Assembly (NCBI GenBank): GCA_002347655.1
Contig: DDWR01000009.1
Span: forward strand, 861-64,860
Source of the DNA: Verrucomicrobia bacterium UBA2281
GTDB taxonomy: Bacteria > Verrucomicrobiota > Kiritimatiellia > CAIQIC01 > Lenti-01
Length of the DNA: 64,000 nt
Reading direction: 5' to 3'
Below, one piece after another: positions 34,887 to 44,304 of this stretch; the first letter of the stretch is position 1; every line of letters starts with the position of its first letter. The position numbers and the translations under genes were made by a program. Below the pieces are notes generated by a model, which made no database searches, was not told the origin of the DNA, and saw nothing but the letters and a program-made list of their open reading frames with translations.

Positions 34887-36499
34887 TCGTTGTCGGCGCC
34901 CGGTTCGGCCGGCGGCGCCAGCCGCACCCGGCCCAGCCACAGGAAGCGCACCTGACGATTTGTAGCCGTTCGGTCGTAGGCGATCAATCCTTTCAGCACC
35001 GACCAGCGGCGGGCCGCGCCGCTCCCCGCCCGCTCGTGCCGCCACAGCGGGAAGAGCGTCGTGGCCTGAGCGCCGTCCGCGCGCCGCGCGCCGCGGTAGA
35101 TGCCCCACAACGCGTCGACGTCGCGGTCATCGCCGTTGGCGCGCACGTCCAGCAGCGTCCAGAGCGGCGCCCAGCTCCGTTCCACCGCCGGCGGGCGTCC
35201 CCCCGGCCACAGGTCCAGCAGCCGCGTGCGCGAGGTATCCGTCTCCGCGTCCCACTGGCGGGAGTACAGCGGCCACAGCTTCGTCCGGCGCGCCACCACC
35301 GGCAAATCGTTCGTGGTCGCCGCGGCCGCCGCGGACGCCGGCGTTTTCGCCGCAAACGGGAACCCTTTGCGGTCGGCCACAGGCGGCAGGGCCGTTTCCG
35401 TCGCGCAGGTCCACAGCGGCGTCAGCATCCAGCGCGTCCGTTTCCGGTGCGCGAATTCGTTGACCTCGCGGCTGGCGAGCGGCCACAGCCAGAACCGCCG
35501 CTCCAGCGGGCCGTCCTGGCGGAACCCGTACAGCGGCCAGACGTAGAGCTTCTCCCGCACGCCCGTCTCGCGCTGGAAAAACGGCCACGGACAATACGTC
35601 CGGTTCAACTGCTCGCCGCGGACGAACTGGAAGAACGGCGGCAGGACCATCCAGCCTTTCTGGCTGGCCAGATCGATCCGCCCGGCCAGCGGGAAGAGCA
35701 CCCACGCCGTGCCGCTGGCTTTCGGATGCACGTAGCGCGCGTGGTTCCACAGCGGCCACAGGACAGCCGTTTTCTCGAACTGGCGGACGCTCTTCGTCCG
35801 GGTATACAGCGGAAAAACCCGGAACCGTTCCAGGTGGCCATCGGGCGTCGTGGACCGCGAATAGATCGGCCAGAGCACGTTGACGGTGCGCACGTCGTTG
35901 ACTTGCGTCTCGGCCCACAGCGGCCACAGCGCGAACCGGATGCGGTCCTTGAAGAGGAAATTCCGGATCTCGCCGCCCAGCGGAAACAGCGCCGCATAGC
36001 CCGCCCCGTCCGCCGCGCGCCCGTGGAACCACAGCGGCAACAGCCAAAAACGATAGCGCGAGGCCGGATCTTCCCGGTCGTCGTCGAGGAACCACGCCAG
36101 CGCCACCCGCCAGGATTGCTCTTTCCCGAACGTCTTGCCCGACGCGATCGGCCAGCAGAAATCCCACGAATCGCGGTCCGCTTCCGGATCGACCGCCCGC
36201 GCCCACAGCGGCCGCGGAAACGCCATCAGTTGCTTCCCGTCGGGACTGGCCGCGTCTTCCCAGAACGGCCCCGCCGCGCGGAAGCGGCCGTTGCCGTCCG
36301 CATCGACCATCCACGACGCCAGCGGCCCCCAGTCGGCTTCCGCGATCCACGGCGCCGGCTCATCGGCCCAGGCCGGCGCGCAAACCATGGCACACAGAAA
36401 AATCAGACTTTTCCACGCCGTGGAAAAGCCTTTCTTCCGCCCAACTTGGAAATTGGACGTTGAATATTGAATATTGGAAATCCCTCCCCCCCCCCTCAT
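34883..36499 (-). CDS. Exported protein built from about 18 short (W/F)P(L/I)(W/Y/F) repeats; unknown family
   Basis: Start ATG 36499 overlaps the hydantoinase stop (ATGA). Signal peptide KSLIFLCAMVCAPAWA. Repeats include LWPLWA, LWPIYS, VFPLYT, LWPLWN, VWPLYG, LWPLAS, LWPLYS and LFPLWR. Confidence 0.65.
   Translation of the reverse strand: MRGGGGISNIQYSTSNFQVGRKKGFSTAWKSLIFLCAMVCAPAWADEPAPWIAEADWGPLASWMVDADGNGRFRAAGPFWEDAASPDGKQLMAFPRPLWARAVDPEADRDSWDFCWPIASGKTFGKEQSWRVALAWFLDDDREDPASRYRFWLLPLWFHGRAADGAGYAALFPLGGEIRNFLFKDRIRFALWPLWAETQVNDVRTVNVLWPIYSRSTTPDGHLERFRVFPLYTRTKSVRQFEKTAVLWPLWNHARYVHPKASGTAWVLFPLAGRIDLASQKGWMVLPPFFQFVRGEQLNRTYCPWPFFQRETGVREKLYVWPLYGFRQDGPLERRFWLWPLASREVNEFAHRKRTRWMLTPLWTCATETALPPVADRKGFPFAAKTPASAAAAATTNDLPVVARRTKLWPLYSRQWDAETDTSRTRLLDLWPGGRPPAVERSWAPLWTLLDVRANGDDRDVDALWGIYRGARRADGAQATTLFPLWRHERAGSGAARRWSVLKGLIAYDRTATNRQVRFLWLGRVRLAPPAEPGADNE
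36486..36495. repeat. Homopolymeric C10 (G10 in the mRNA) tract at codons 2-5 of the repeat-protein gene
   Basis: Counted directly. It is the longest homopolymer I noticed in the window. It is followed in mRNA sense by an AT-rich stretch with CAATATT repeated twice (36441-36485). Confidence 0.85.
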
Positions 36500-37860
36500 G
36501 TCAGGAGCTTCCCCTTCCCCGGCGTCCCCACGAATTCCCCGTTCCGCACCATGATCTCGCCGCGGACGGTCACGACTTCCGGCGCGCCGACCACCTCGAA
36601 GCCCTCGTACGGATTGTAGTCGATATCCAGGCTCTGGGTCTTTTGCGAAATCGTGCGCCGCGCCTTGGGGTCCCACACCACGAGGTCCGCGTCGAAACCG
36701 GGCGCGACCGTGCCCTTGCGGCCCCACAGGCCGAAGATCTTCGCGGGGTTTTCCGCCGCCACTTCCACGAAGCGTTCGAGCGAAATCTTCCCGCCGACCA
36801 CGCCGGCGGTGTAGGCCAGCGCCACGCGCTCCTCCACGCCCGCGAGGCCGTTGGGGATCTTCGTGAAATCGCCCCGCCCCAGCGTTTTCTGGCCGTTGAA
36901 ATCGAACGGGCAGTGATCCGTGCCCAGCGTGTCGATGCGACCGTCCGCCAGCCCCGCCCACAGCGCGGCCTGGTCGGATTTCTCCCGCAGCGGCGGCGAA
37001 AGGATCCACTTCGCGCCTTCGAAATCCGGTCGCTCGGCGTACGACTTGTCGAGCGTCAGGTACTGGATCATCGTTTCGACGTAAAGCCGCGGCAGCTTGC
37101 CGCGGAACCGGTCGGCCATCGTCAGCGCTTCCGCGCAGCTCAGGTGCACGACGTAGGCCTTGGCGCCCGCCGCCGCCGCGAAGGTCAGGAACTTGCAAAC
37201 GCCTTCCGCCTCCACCATCGGCGGACGGCTCGGCTCGTGCCACTCGGGCCCCGTCTTGCCTTCGGCCAACAGCTTCTGCTGCAGGGCCGGAATCAGCTCC
37301 GCGTTCTCGCAGTGCGCCATCACGACCAGATCGTGCGCCGCCGCGAACCGCAGCACGCGGAACAGATCCTCGTCGCCGATCGCCAGCGCCGGCTTGTAGG
37401 CCAGGTAGACCTTCAGCGATTTCAGTCCTTTGGCCACCAGCCGCTCCAGCTGCTTTTGCAGTTCGGCATCGAATTTCCGCACCATCAGGTGCAACCCCAC
37501 GTCGCACGAGGCCTTGCCCGCAATCTGCGCTTCCCACGCCGCCCAGGCCTCGTCGAAATCCTTTTCCCGCCCGGCCCCCGCGAAATCCATGAGGCACGTC
37601 GTCCCGCCCAGCAGCGCCGCGCGCGTGCAGTTGGCGTAGTCCGACTTCGCCGTCACGTGCACCAGCGGCAGGTAGGCGTGCACGTGCGGATCGATGAACC
37701 CCGGAAACACCAGCTTGCCGGCCGCCTCGACCACCGTCGCCCCCGGCGGCGGCGAGAGCCCCTTCTCGACCTTGGAGATCTTCTCCCCCTCGCACCATAC
37801 GTCCGCGGCGCAGCGGCCGCGTCCCGCCACCACCTCGCCGCCGCGGATCAACAGGCCCAT
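36496..37860 (-). CDS. Dihydropyrimidinase / D-hydantoinase
   Basis: GFIDPHVHAYLP, LKVYLAYK (carboxylated Lys context), VMAHCEN, YVVHLS, GTDHCPF. Confidence 0.9.
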   Translation of the reverse strand: MGLLIRGGEVVAGRGRCAADVWCEGEKISKVEKGLSPPPGATVVEAAGKLVFPGFIDPHVHAYLPLVHVTAKSDYANCTRAALLGGTTCLMDFAGAGREKDFDEAWAAWEAQIAGKASCDVGLHLMVRKFDAELQKQLERLVAKGLKSLKVYLAYKPALAIGDEDLFRVLRFAAAHDLVVMAHCENAELIPALQQKLLAEGKTGPEWHEPSRPPMVEAEGVCKFLTFAAAAGAKAYVVHLSCAEALTMADRFRGKLPRLYVETMIQYLTLDKSYAERPDFEGAKWILSPPLREKSDQAALWAGLADGRIDTLGTDHCPFDFNGQKTLGRGDFTKIPNGLAGVEERVALAYTAGVVGGKISLERFVEVAAENPAKIFGLWGRKGTVAPGFDADLVVWDPKARRTISQKTQSLDIDYNPYEGFEVVGAPEVVTVRGEIMVRNGEFVGTPGKGKLLT

Positions 37861-37874
37861 GGGCTTCTTCCCCG

Positions 37875-38237
37875 CTATTTCTTCAGGACCTTGACGATCC
37901 GGTTCTTCGCGTCGACCTTCACGACGGTCGCCTGGAATTTCTTCGCCTCCGCGTCGTCCATCTCCGCGTAGGCGATGACGATGATCGTATCGCCCTTGTA
38001 GGCCAGCCGGGCCGCCGGCCCGTTGAGCATCATCTGGCCCGTGCCGCGCTTGCCGCGGATGACGTAGGTGACGAACCGCTCGCCGTTCTGCAGATTCAGG
38101 ACCTGGACCTGCTCGCCCGCCAGCAGATCCGCCGCTTCCATCAGGATCGGATCGATGGCGATGCTCCCCTCGTAGTCGAGTTCGAGCCCCGTCACCGTCG
38201 CGCGGTGGATTTTCGATTTCAGCATGGTCCGTTGCAT
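37875..38237 (-). CDS. panD: Aspartate 1-decarboxylase
   Basis: [29 protein letters not shown] (self-cleavage G-S site). Confidence 0.92.
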   Translation of the reverse strand: MQRTMLKSKIHRATVTGLELDYEGSIAIDPILMEAADLLAGEQVQVLNLQNGERFVTYVIRGKRGTGQMMLNGPAARLAYKGDTIIVIAYAEMDDAEAKKFQATVVKVDAKNRIVKVLKK

Positions 38238-38318
38238 CGTCCAGTCCTTTCTAAAGAAACCATACCTTATCCCGAATCCCCCCGCCACTTCAAGGGCCGA
38301 GAATCCCCGCCTTCGGGA

Positions 38319-38347
38319 TTGAATCCCGCCGCGTCCTCCCGCTTAAT
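38319..38347 (+). promoter_or_regulatory. Candidate promoter TTGAAT-N17-CTTAAT ending 7 nt before ATG 38355
   Basis: Read directly. No SD between the -10 and the ATG. Confidence 0.3.
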
Positions 38348-38354
38348 TCCCCCC

Positions 38355-40121
38355 ATGGCCAGCGATCTTGCAGCTTCCGCCGAACCCCTCGTCGTTCTTC
38401 GCGACGAGGCCGCCGGGCGTTGGCTGCGCTTCCGCCAGCCCGTCGCGACCGTGGCCGCCGGGCGGGTCGAGGACGTCCGGCCCCGCCTGCGCGAAGTCGC
38501 GGAAGCCGTCGAGCGGCGCCGTCTCCACGCCGCCGGCTGGGTGGCCTACGAAGCCGCGCCGGCGTTCGACGCCGCCCTCGCCGTCCGCCCGGCCGGCCCG
38601 CTGCCCCTGTTGTGGTTCGGCCTCTTCGACGCCCCCGAACCGATCGAGCTGCCGCCGGCAAGCGCTCCTGCGCCCGCCGGCTGGCAACCCGACGTCGCGC
38701 CGGCCGCCTACGCCCGCGCCTTCGCCGAAATCAAACGCCGCATCCGCGCCGGCGACACCTACCAGGTCAATTATTCCTACCGCCTGCGGCGCGACGCCGG
38801 CACGGCCGATCCCTGGGAAACCTTCCTCGCGCTGGTCCACGCCCAGCGCGCGCCCTTCGGCGCCTACGTCGCCGCCGGCCCGTGGCGCCTGTGCAGCGCC
38901 TCGCCGGAGCTGTTCTTCCGGCTCGACGGAACGCGCCTTGAAACGCGCCCCATGAAGGGCACCGCGGCGCGCGGGCTTTCCTCCGCCGCAGACCGCGCAC
39001 AGCTCGCCGCCCTGCTCGCCTCCGAAAAAGAGCGCGCCGAAAACCTCATGATCCTCGACATGGCGCGCAACGACCTCGGCCGCGTCGCCCGACCCGGCAC
39101 CGTCCAGGCCCTCCGCCTATGCGAACCGGAAAAATATCCCACCGTCTGGCAGCTCACGTCCGCCGTCGCCGCCGAGACCGACGCGTCCGTCGCCGAAATA
39201 TTCACCGCGCTGTTCCCGCCCGCGTCCATCGTCGGCGCGCCCAAGGCGCGCACGATGGAAATCATCGCCGGCCTCGAAACCTCCCCGCGCCAGGCCTACA
39301 CCGGCGCCATCGGCTTCCTCGCCCCCGGCCGCCGCGCGCAGTTCAACGTCGCCATCCGCACGCTCTTGGCCGACGTCCGTTCCGGCCGCGCCGAGTACGG
39401 CGTCGGCGGCGGCGTCGTCTGGGATTCCGACCTGGACGCCGAACAGGCCGAATGCCGCGCCAAGGCGCGCATCCTCTCCGCGCCGGCGCGCCCGCCGTTC
39501 GACCTGCTCGAGACCCTGCTGTGGACGCCTGCCGACGGCATCCGCCTGCTCGACCTGCATCTGGCGCGCTTGCGGGAATCGGCGGACTACTTCGATTTTC
39601 CGTGCGACCTCGCCCGCGTGCGCGCGGCGCTCGCCGACCTGGTCCGCACGTTCCCCGCCGCGCCGCAGCGCCTGCGCCTGCGGCTCGCCGCGGACGGCAC
39701 GCCGACGCTCCAGGCCGCGCCCCTCGCCCCTCTCGCCTCCGACCCCTTCTTCCGCGTCGCGCTCGCCCGCCGCCCCGTGGATCGCAACGACGTTTTCCTC
39801 TACCACAAGACCACGCACCGCCGCGTCTACGAAGCGGCCAAGGCGGATTTCCCCGGCCACGACGACGTGATTCTCTGGAACGAAGCCGGCGAGGTCACCG
39901 AGTCCACGATCGCCAACCTCGCGGCGGAAATCGACGGCGCGCTGTGCACGCCGCCCGTGGCCTGCGGCCTGCTGCCGGGCGTCGCCCGCGCCGAACTCCT
40001 GGCCCGCGGCGTCCTGCGCGAACGGCGCCTTTCCCTGGACGACCTCCGCGGCGCGCCCCGGCTCTTCCTGCTCAACTCCGTGCGCGGCCTGGTCCCTGCC
40101 GTCCTCGATCCGCCCGAATGA
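38355..40121 (+). CDS. pabB: Fused aminodeoxychorismate synthase component I / aminodeoxychorismate lyase
   Basis: Chorismate-binding core (RPMKGTAARG, ENLMILDMARND, PPASIVGAPKARTMEII, YTGAIGF). C-terminal class IV aminotransferase-like PabC region (FLYHKTTHR, ESTIANL). Confidence 0.85.
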   Translation: MASDLAASAEPLVVLRDEAAGRWLRFRQPVATVAAGRVEDVRPRLREVAEAVERRRLHAAGWVAYEAAPAFDAALAVRPAGPLPLLWFGLFDAPEPIELPPASAPAPAGWQPDVAPAAYARAFAEIKRRIRAGDTYQVNYSYRLRRDAGTADPWETFLALVHAQRAPFGAYVAAGPWRLCSASPELFFRLDGTRLETRPMKGTAARGLSSAADRAQLAALLASEKERAENLMILDMARNDLGRVARPGTVQALRLCEPEKYPTVWQLTSAVAAETDASVAEIFTALFPPASIVGAPKARTMEIIAGLETSPRQAYTGAIGFLAPGRRAQFNVAIRTLLADVRSGRAEYGVGGGVVWDSDLDAEQAECRAKARILSAPARPPFDLLETLLWTPADGIRLLDLHLARLRESADYFDFPCDLARVRAALADLVRTFPAAPQRLRLRLAADGTPTLQAAPLAPLASDPFFRVALARRPVDRNDVFLYHKTTHRRVYEAAKADFPGHDDVILWNEAGEVTESTIANLAAEIDGALCTPPVACGLLPGVARAELLARGVLRERRLSLDDLRGAPRLFLLNSVRGLVPAVLDPPE

Positions 40122-40132
40122 GGCCCCGCGCC

Positions 40133-40193
40133 GCGCGAAAGTTTTTACGTTCCACGTAAAAAGCGGAAAAACTTTTTACGTTCCACGTAAAAA
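40133..40193 (-). repeat. Tandem dimer of the 31-bp palindromic element (locus B, inverted orientation)
   Basis: GCGCGAAAGTTTTTACGTTCCACGTAAAA followed by GCGGAAAAACTTTTTACGTTCCACGTAAAAA. Lies between convergent pabB and tsaB. Confidence 0.85.
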
Positions 40194-40814
40194 TCAGGCG
40201 GGCGGCAGCGGCCGGCCGTCCGCGCCGAAGCGCGGCGCGGCGACGACGGCGGGATGCAGGTAGATCGGCTGGCGTTCTTCGCTGGCGCCGCCCGCGCAGA
40301 AGAGGCGGCCCACCCACTCGGCCCGGGGCGCGCGGTCCGGCGCCACCCAATGCGCGTCCGGCCAGGCCTGCCCGCGCGCGTCCTCCGGCAGCAGTCGCCA
40401 ATCGCCGATCCGGCCTTCGCGCCGCCCGAACAAGCCCGCCCAGATCGTCCCGCGCCGCGCGGCGCCGGAAACGACCAGCCGCGCGGCGTCCGGCTGCTCC
40501 GCGAAGATTTCCGCGGCGAGCGCCGCGGCGCTGGACGTCGTCCAGACGGGTTTGTTCTCCGGCAGCGCCCAGCCGTGGGCGGCCGTCAGGCTCACGCGCA
40601 GGCCCGTGTACGAACCCGGGCCGCGGCCCACCGCGAACGCCCCGACGTCCGCGAACGTCCAGCCGGCGCCGGCGAGCAGGTCCGCCGCCGCGGCGAACAG
40701 TTCCTGGCTGCGGCGGCCGCCGGCCGCCACCGCCGCGGCGGCGACGACGCGCGCGTCCTCCAGCAAGGCCAGGCCGCCCGCATCCGTCGAAAATTCCAGC
40801 GCCAACGTTTTCAT
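40194..40814 (-). CDS. tsaB: tRNA t6A37 threonylcarbamoyltransferase complex dimerization subunit
   Basis: MKTLALEFSTD ... FAVGRGPGSYTGLRVSLTAAHGWAL. Confidence 0.8.
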   Translation of the reverse strand: MKTLALEFSTDAGGLALLEDARVVAAAAVAAGGRRSQELFAAAADLLAGAGWTFADVGAFAVGRGPGSYTGLRVSLTAAHGWALPENKPVWTTSSAAALAAEIFAEQPDAARLVVSGAARRGTIWAGLFGRREGRIGDWRLLPEDARGQAWPDAHWVAPDRAPRAEWVGRLFCAGGASEERQPIYLHPAVVAAPRFGADGRPLPPA

Positions 40815-40873
40815 GCGCGGCACCCTAGCGGTTTTGCGCGGCGCGCGAAAGATTTTCGCGCGGCGCGCGGGCA

Positions 40874-40904
40874 CGAAAAAAACCGCGGCCTCGCGGCCGC
40901 GGTT
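40874..40904 (-). terminator. Rho-independent terminator after the HU gene
   Basis: Minus strand: AACCGCGGCC-GCGA-GGCCGCGGTT followed by TTTTTCGTG. Confidence 0.75.
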
Positions 40905-40925
40905 CGCGTTCATCGCGGGGATGAA

Positions 40926-41213
40926 CTACTTGGCGCCGAGGATCGCGTCCTTCGCGGCCTTGGCCACGCGGAACTTGACGACCTTCTTGGCCTTGATCTG
41001 GATCGTCTCGCCGGTCGCGGGATTGCGGCCCATGCGCGCCTTGCGGCTGACCAGGACGAGCTTGCCCAACCCGGGAACGGTGAAGCCGTTCTTGGCGTTC
41101 TTGTACGCGAGCGCCGAAAGGGCTTCCAACGCAACGCCGGCCTGCTTCTTCGTGATCTCGGCCTTTTCCGCCACCGCGGCCACAATCTGACTCTTCGTCA
41201 TCGCCTTCGCCAT
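40926..41213 (-). CDS. hup: HU-family nucleoid DNA-binding protein
   Basis: MTKSQIVAAVAEKAEITKKQAGVALEAL ... RMGRNPATGETIQIKAKKVVKFR. AAGGAG SD. Confidence 0.9.
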   Translation of the reverse strand: MAKAMTKSQIVAAVAEKAEITKKQAGVALEALSALAYKNAKNGFTVPGLGKLVLVSRKARMGRNPATGETIQIKAKKVVKFRVAKAAKDAILGAK

Positions 41214-41284
41214 AACCAGTACTCCTTGTTCTTCTGTTTCTTTTCGAGATGGGTTTTCCGTTTGCGATCCCAATCTGGAGCGCG

Positions 41285-41313
41285 TTTATGCCGCAGACCG
41301 CGCGGAAATGCAA
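41285..41313 (-). promoter_or_regulatory. Candidate promoter TTGCAT-N17-CATAAA for the HU gene
   Basis: Read on the minus strand. Leaves a 5' UTR of about 70 nt with a strong SD. Confidence 0.35.
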
Positions 41314-41357
41314 TACTATTCAACGTTTTTTTGCGGGATTCTTCTCCGGCGCGCGCG

Positions 41358-42041
41358 CTATTTCATGAGCGCCAGCACGGGCGCCAGATCGGCCGCCGAA
41401 CGGATGCGCACGGAGAGCGCCGCGGTAGGCACCAGCCGCGGAACGAGTTTCGCGGCCAGCATGGCTTCGAGATCGTCCTCGAAGTTCTTGCGGTTCTTGG
41501 CGGCGGCGGGATAGGCCTTGGCCAGCGCCGCGCGCGGCCACGTCTGCGGCGAGATCGCCGCCCACAGGCGGCCGGCGCCGTCCAGGCGCTTTTCGAGCGC
41601 GCCTTTCTTGGCGGAGACGACCGCGTCGGGAATTTCGACCGCGGCGACGCCGGAACCGTGGCGGCGGGCGCATTTGGCCGTTTCGGAAATCAGGTCGGGC
41701 TTCACCATGGGCCGCGACGCGTCGTGCACGCAGACCCATTCGACGTCTTCGTCCACGTAGGCCAATCCCGCCGCCATCGACGCCGCGCGCTTGGCGCCGC
41801 CGACGACGATCTTCCGCACCTTCGCGAAGCCGAACATCTGGACCATGCCCAGCACGCTCTCCGCGCGCTCGCGGCTGACCACCACCACGATGCCGTCGAC
41901 GTCCGGACACTGGTTGAAGGCCTCCAGGGAATAGGCCAGCACGGGGCGGTCGTTCAGATAGAGAAACGCCGTTTCGATCTCGGACGAGAGTTGCTCGGCC
42001 TTCCCCGTGGCCATCACCAATCCCCAGACGGTCTGCTTCAT
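41358..42041 (-). CDS. ispD: 2-C-methyl-D-erythritol 4-phosphate cytidylyltransferase
   Basis: GLVMATGKAEQL, VVGGAKRAASMAAGL, VCVHDASRPMV. Confidence 0.85.
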   Translation of the reverse strand: MKQTVWGLVMATGKAEQLSSEIETAFLYLNDRPVLAYSLEAFNQCPDVDGIVVVVSRERAESVLGMVQMFGFAKVRKIVVGGAKRAASMAAGLAYVDEDVEWVCVHDASRPMVKPDLISETAKCARRHGSGVAAVEIPDAVVSAKKGALEKRLDGAGRLWAAISPQTWPRAALAKAYPAAAKNRKNFEDDLEAMLAAKLVPRLVPTAALSVRIRSAADLAPVLALMK

Positions 42042-42195
42042 GTGTCGTTCCTTCGCGGGAATCCGTCCGCGCACAGATGCGCGTCCCGGGCTCCACGTTC
42101 GGAAGTTTGGCCGCAAAAACGGGCACCGTCAAGCCCGGGAGCGCCGAAAACCGGCGTTTTCGAGCATTTTTCAGCTGGAACGGGCCGGAAGAGGC

Positions 42196-43254
42196 TCAAT
42201 GCCAGCCCGGTTTGTACCCGCCGCCGGACGGGGTGGTCCGCGAGGCCTCGGCCGCCGGAACGACCGGCGCGGGAAGGGGTTCGATGCGCGGCGGCGCGGC
42301 GAGCCCCGTTCCGGCGGCGTTCCAGCCGCCCTTCCAGGACGAGCCCGATGCCGCCGGAGTCCCGCTGAACGCAGACCGGCCGGAGCCGCTTGCCGGCGCC
42401 GGACCGAACCGCCCGGTCGCCAGGCTGTTGTCGCCGACGGAAGCGGAGGGACTGGCCTGCACCAACGAGGCGCGCAGCGCCGCGAAATCGGGCCGGGCGT
42501 TGCCGGAATATTCGGCGATGAGCTGCCGCGTCTGGCTCAGGCCGCCGTCGGCCGCGGCGCCGGCGGCGCTCGCCGGCCAGGCCGCAGCGGCCCGCCCGGA
42601 CTCCGAACCGGGCAACGGGTTCCGCCCCGGCGTAGACCGCCGGGCGGCGGACTCCCCCCACGGCGCCGCGCGGGACGCCACCGGGTTCGCCTCCTCCGTC
42701 GTTTCCGGTCTGGCGACCGGCTCGCGACCGAAAGGCTCGTTGCCTTCGAGCTCTTGCATCCATTGATCCTGGGGCGTTTCCGGACCGGTGGCGGCTTTCG
42801 CCACTTCGTCCACGAGCCAGCCGCGGCCGGAAGAATCGGACGGATCGCGCGCGATGGCCGCCGCCGCCGCGTTGCTCGTCGTCTGGCCCAACGTCGGCAG
42901 CGCCAGGCTGCTGGCCAGCCAATTGCGCTCGCTGTCCGGCTTGGCGCCGCGGCGGCGGTCGTCGGCCGCGGGCGGCGTCAGTTTGCCCGGCACCGGGGCG
43001 GAAGCCCCCCCGGCGGCCACGAAGCCCTGGCCCAGATCCAAGATCGTTTCCCGGCCCAACAGGACTTCCCGGGACGGGCCGTCGCGCAACTCGCGGCGCG
43101 CGACGCGGTCCGGCGCGGCGGCGGCGTCCGCCGCGAACGCCGAGCCGGCTTCATCGGCAAAGGAAATCGGCACGGTGTATTCGCGGTAGACGGGCACGTC
43201 GCGCGCCGCCGCCGCCGCGGCGCCGGCCAGCCAGCCGGCCAGCGCGATTCGCAT
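42196..43254 (-). CDS. Secreted Ala/Gly/Ser/Pro-rich hypothetical protein
   Basis: Start MRIALAGWLAGAAAAAA (signal-like). Low-complexity body, no motif. Confidence 0.5.
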   Translation of the reverse strand: MRIALAGWLAGAAAAAARDVPVYREYTVPISFADEAGSAFAADAAAAPDRVARRELRDGPSREVLLGRETILDLGQGFVAAGGASAPVPGKLTPPAADDRRRGAKPDSERNWLASSLALPTLGQTTSNAAAAAIARDPSDSSGRGWLVDEVAKAATGPETPQDQWMQELEGNEPFGREPVARPETTEEANPVASRAAPWGESAARRSTPGRNPLPGSESGRAAAAWPASAAGAAADGGLSQTRQLIAEYSGNARPDFAALRASLVQASPSASVGDNSLATGRFGPAPASGSGRSAFSGTPAASGSSWKGGWNAAGTGLAAPPRIEPLPAPVVPAAEASRTTPSGGGYKPGWH

Positions 43255-43346
43255 GACGGGGCGTCTCCTCATGGCCCGGGACCCTACGGCATTGCGGAAC
43301 GCATTTCAATCCGCATCCTTGCATCCGTTCGGCCGCTTGTCCTATC

Positions 43347-44297
43347 ATGCCGCCCATGAATCGATTCGCGTTCCTCTTGGTCGTCCTGATCTGCGCGGGC
43401 GCCGCCGGCGCCCGCGGCCGGACGGATGCCGGCGTGCTGCTCGACAGCTACGCCGCGCTCGTCAACGGCAAGGTCATCACCGTCGGCGACGTCCTCGCGG
43501 CCATGCCGGCCGCCCACGAGCGCCTCGCCGCCCAGTATGCCGGCCGCGAACTGGAGGACAAGCTCCTCGAGAAGTTCGCCGCCGTCCGCGACGCCCTCGT
43601 CGAGGCCGAACTCGTGCTGGTCGATTTCGAAACGCAGGGCGGGCTGCTGCCCGACCGCGCCGTCGAGGACCACGTCAATTCCGTCATCCACGACCAGTTC
43701 GCCAACGACCGCACCGCGTTCCTGGAAGCCCTCGCCGAACAGCGCCTGACCTACGCCGAATGGCACAAGCAGATGAAGGACCAGCTCGTGGTGCAGGTCA
43801 TGCGCCAGAAAGAAGTCGCCGCCAGGATCCTCGTCACGCCCCTCGACCTCCAGCGCGCCTACGAGGAACGGAAATCCGCCTACGCCCTGCCCGAGCGCGT
43901 GCGGCTGCGCACCTACGTCCTGCCGGCCGGCGCGGACGCCGGCGCCGCCTGGATCGAGCGCCTGCGGGCCGGCGACGACACCGCCGTCCCCGCCGACGTC
44001 GCGCGGCAGGACGACGGCGAATCCATCGAATCCGCCAGCCTGAACGAAACGATCCGCGCCGCCGTGGCCGCGCTGGAACCCGGCGGCGTGTCCCCGCCCG
44101 TGGAGGTCGGCGGGGCGCGCTACCTCGTGCAACTCGTCGCGCGCGAACCGGCCCGCGTCCGGCCGCTCGAGGAAGTGGCCCCCGAACTCGAGAAGCAACT
44201 CCGGTCCGCCGCGTTCGCGCGGCTCAACCAGGCCTGGATCGACGGTCTCCGCGCCAAGTACCACGTCCAGACCTTCGATCACGCGCTGTTCGATTGA
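43347..44297 (+). CDS. SurA-like periplasmic chaperone / parvulin-type PPIase
   Basis: Signal peptide NRFAFLLVVLICAGAAGA, SurA_N-like region, and conserved surA-pdxA gene order. The alternative start 43356 fits the leaderless geometry. Confidence 0.75.
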   Translation: MPPMNRFAFLLVVLICAGAAGARGRTDAGVLLDSYAALVNGKVITVGDVLAAMPAAHERLAAQYAGRELEDKLLEKFAAVRDALVEAELVLVDFETQGGLLPDRAVEDHVNSVIHDQFANDRTAFLEALAEQRLTYAEWHKQMKDQLVVQVMRQKEVAARILVTPLDLQRAYEERKSAYALPERVRLRTYVLPAGADAGAAWIERLRAGDDTAVPADVARQDDGESIESASLNETIRAAVAALEPGGVSPPVEVGGARYLVQLVAREPARVRPLEEVAPELEKQLRSAAFARLNQAWIDGLRAKYHVQTFDHALFD

Positions 44298-44304
44298 GGA
44301 CCTC

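Noticed and set aside
40836-40870. GCGCGAAAGATTTTCGCGCG palindrome as a fourth copy of the 31-bp element
   Set aside because: It shares only the CTTTCGCGC tail and lacks the TTTTACGT/ACGTAAAA arms. It is probably just part of the tsaB promoter region.
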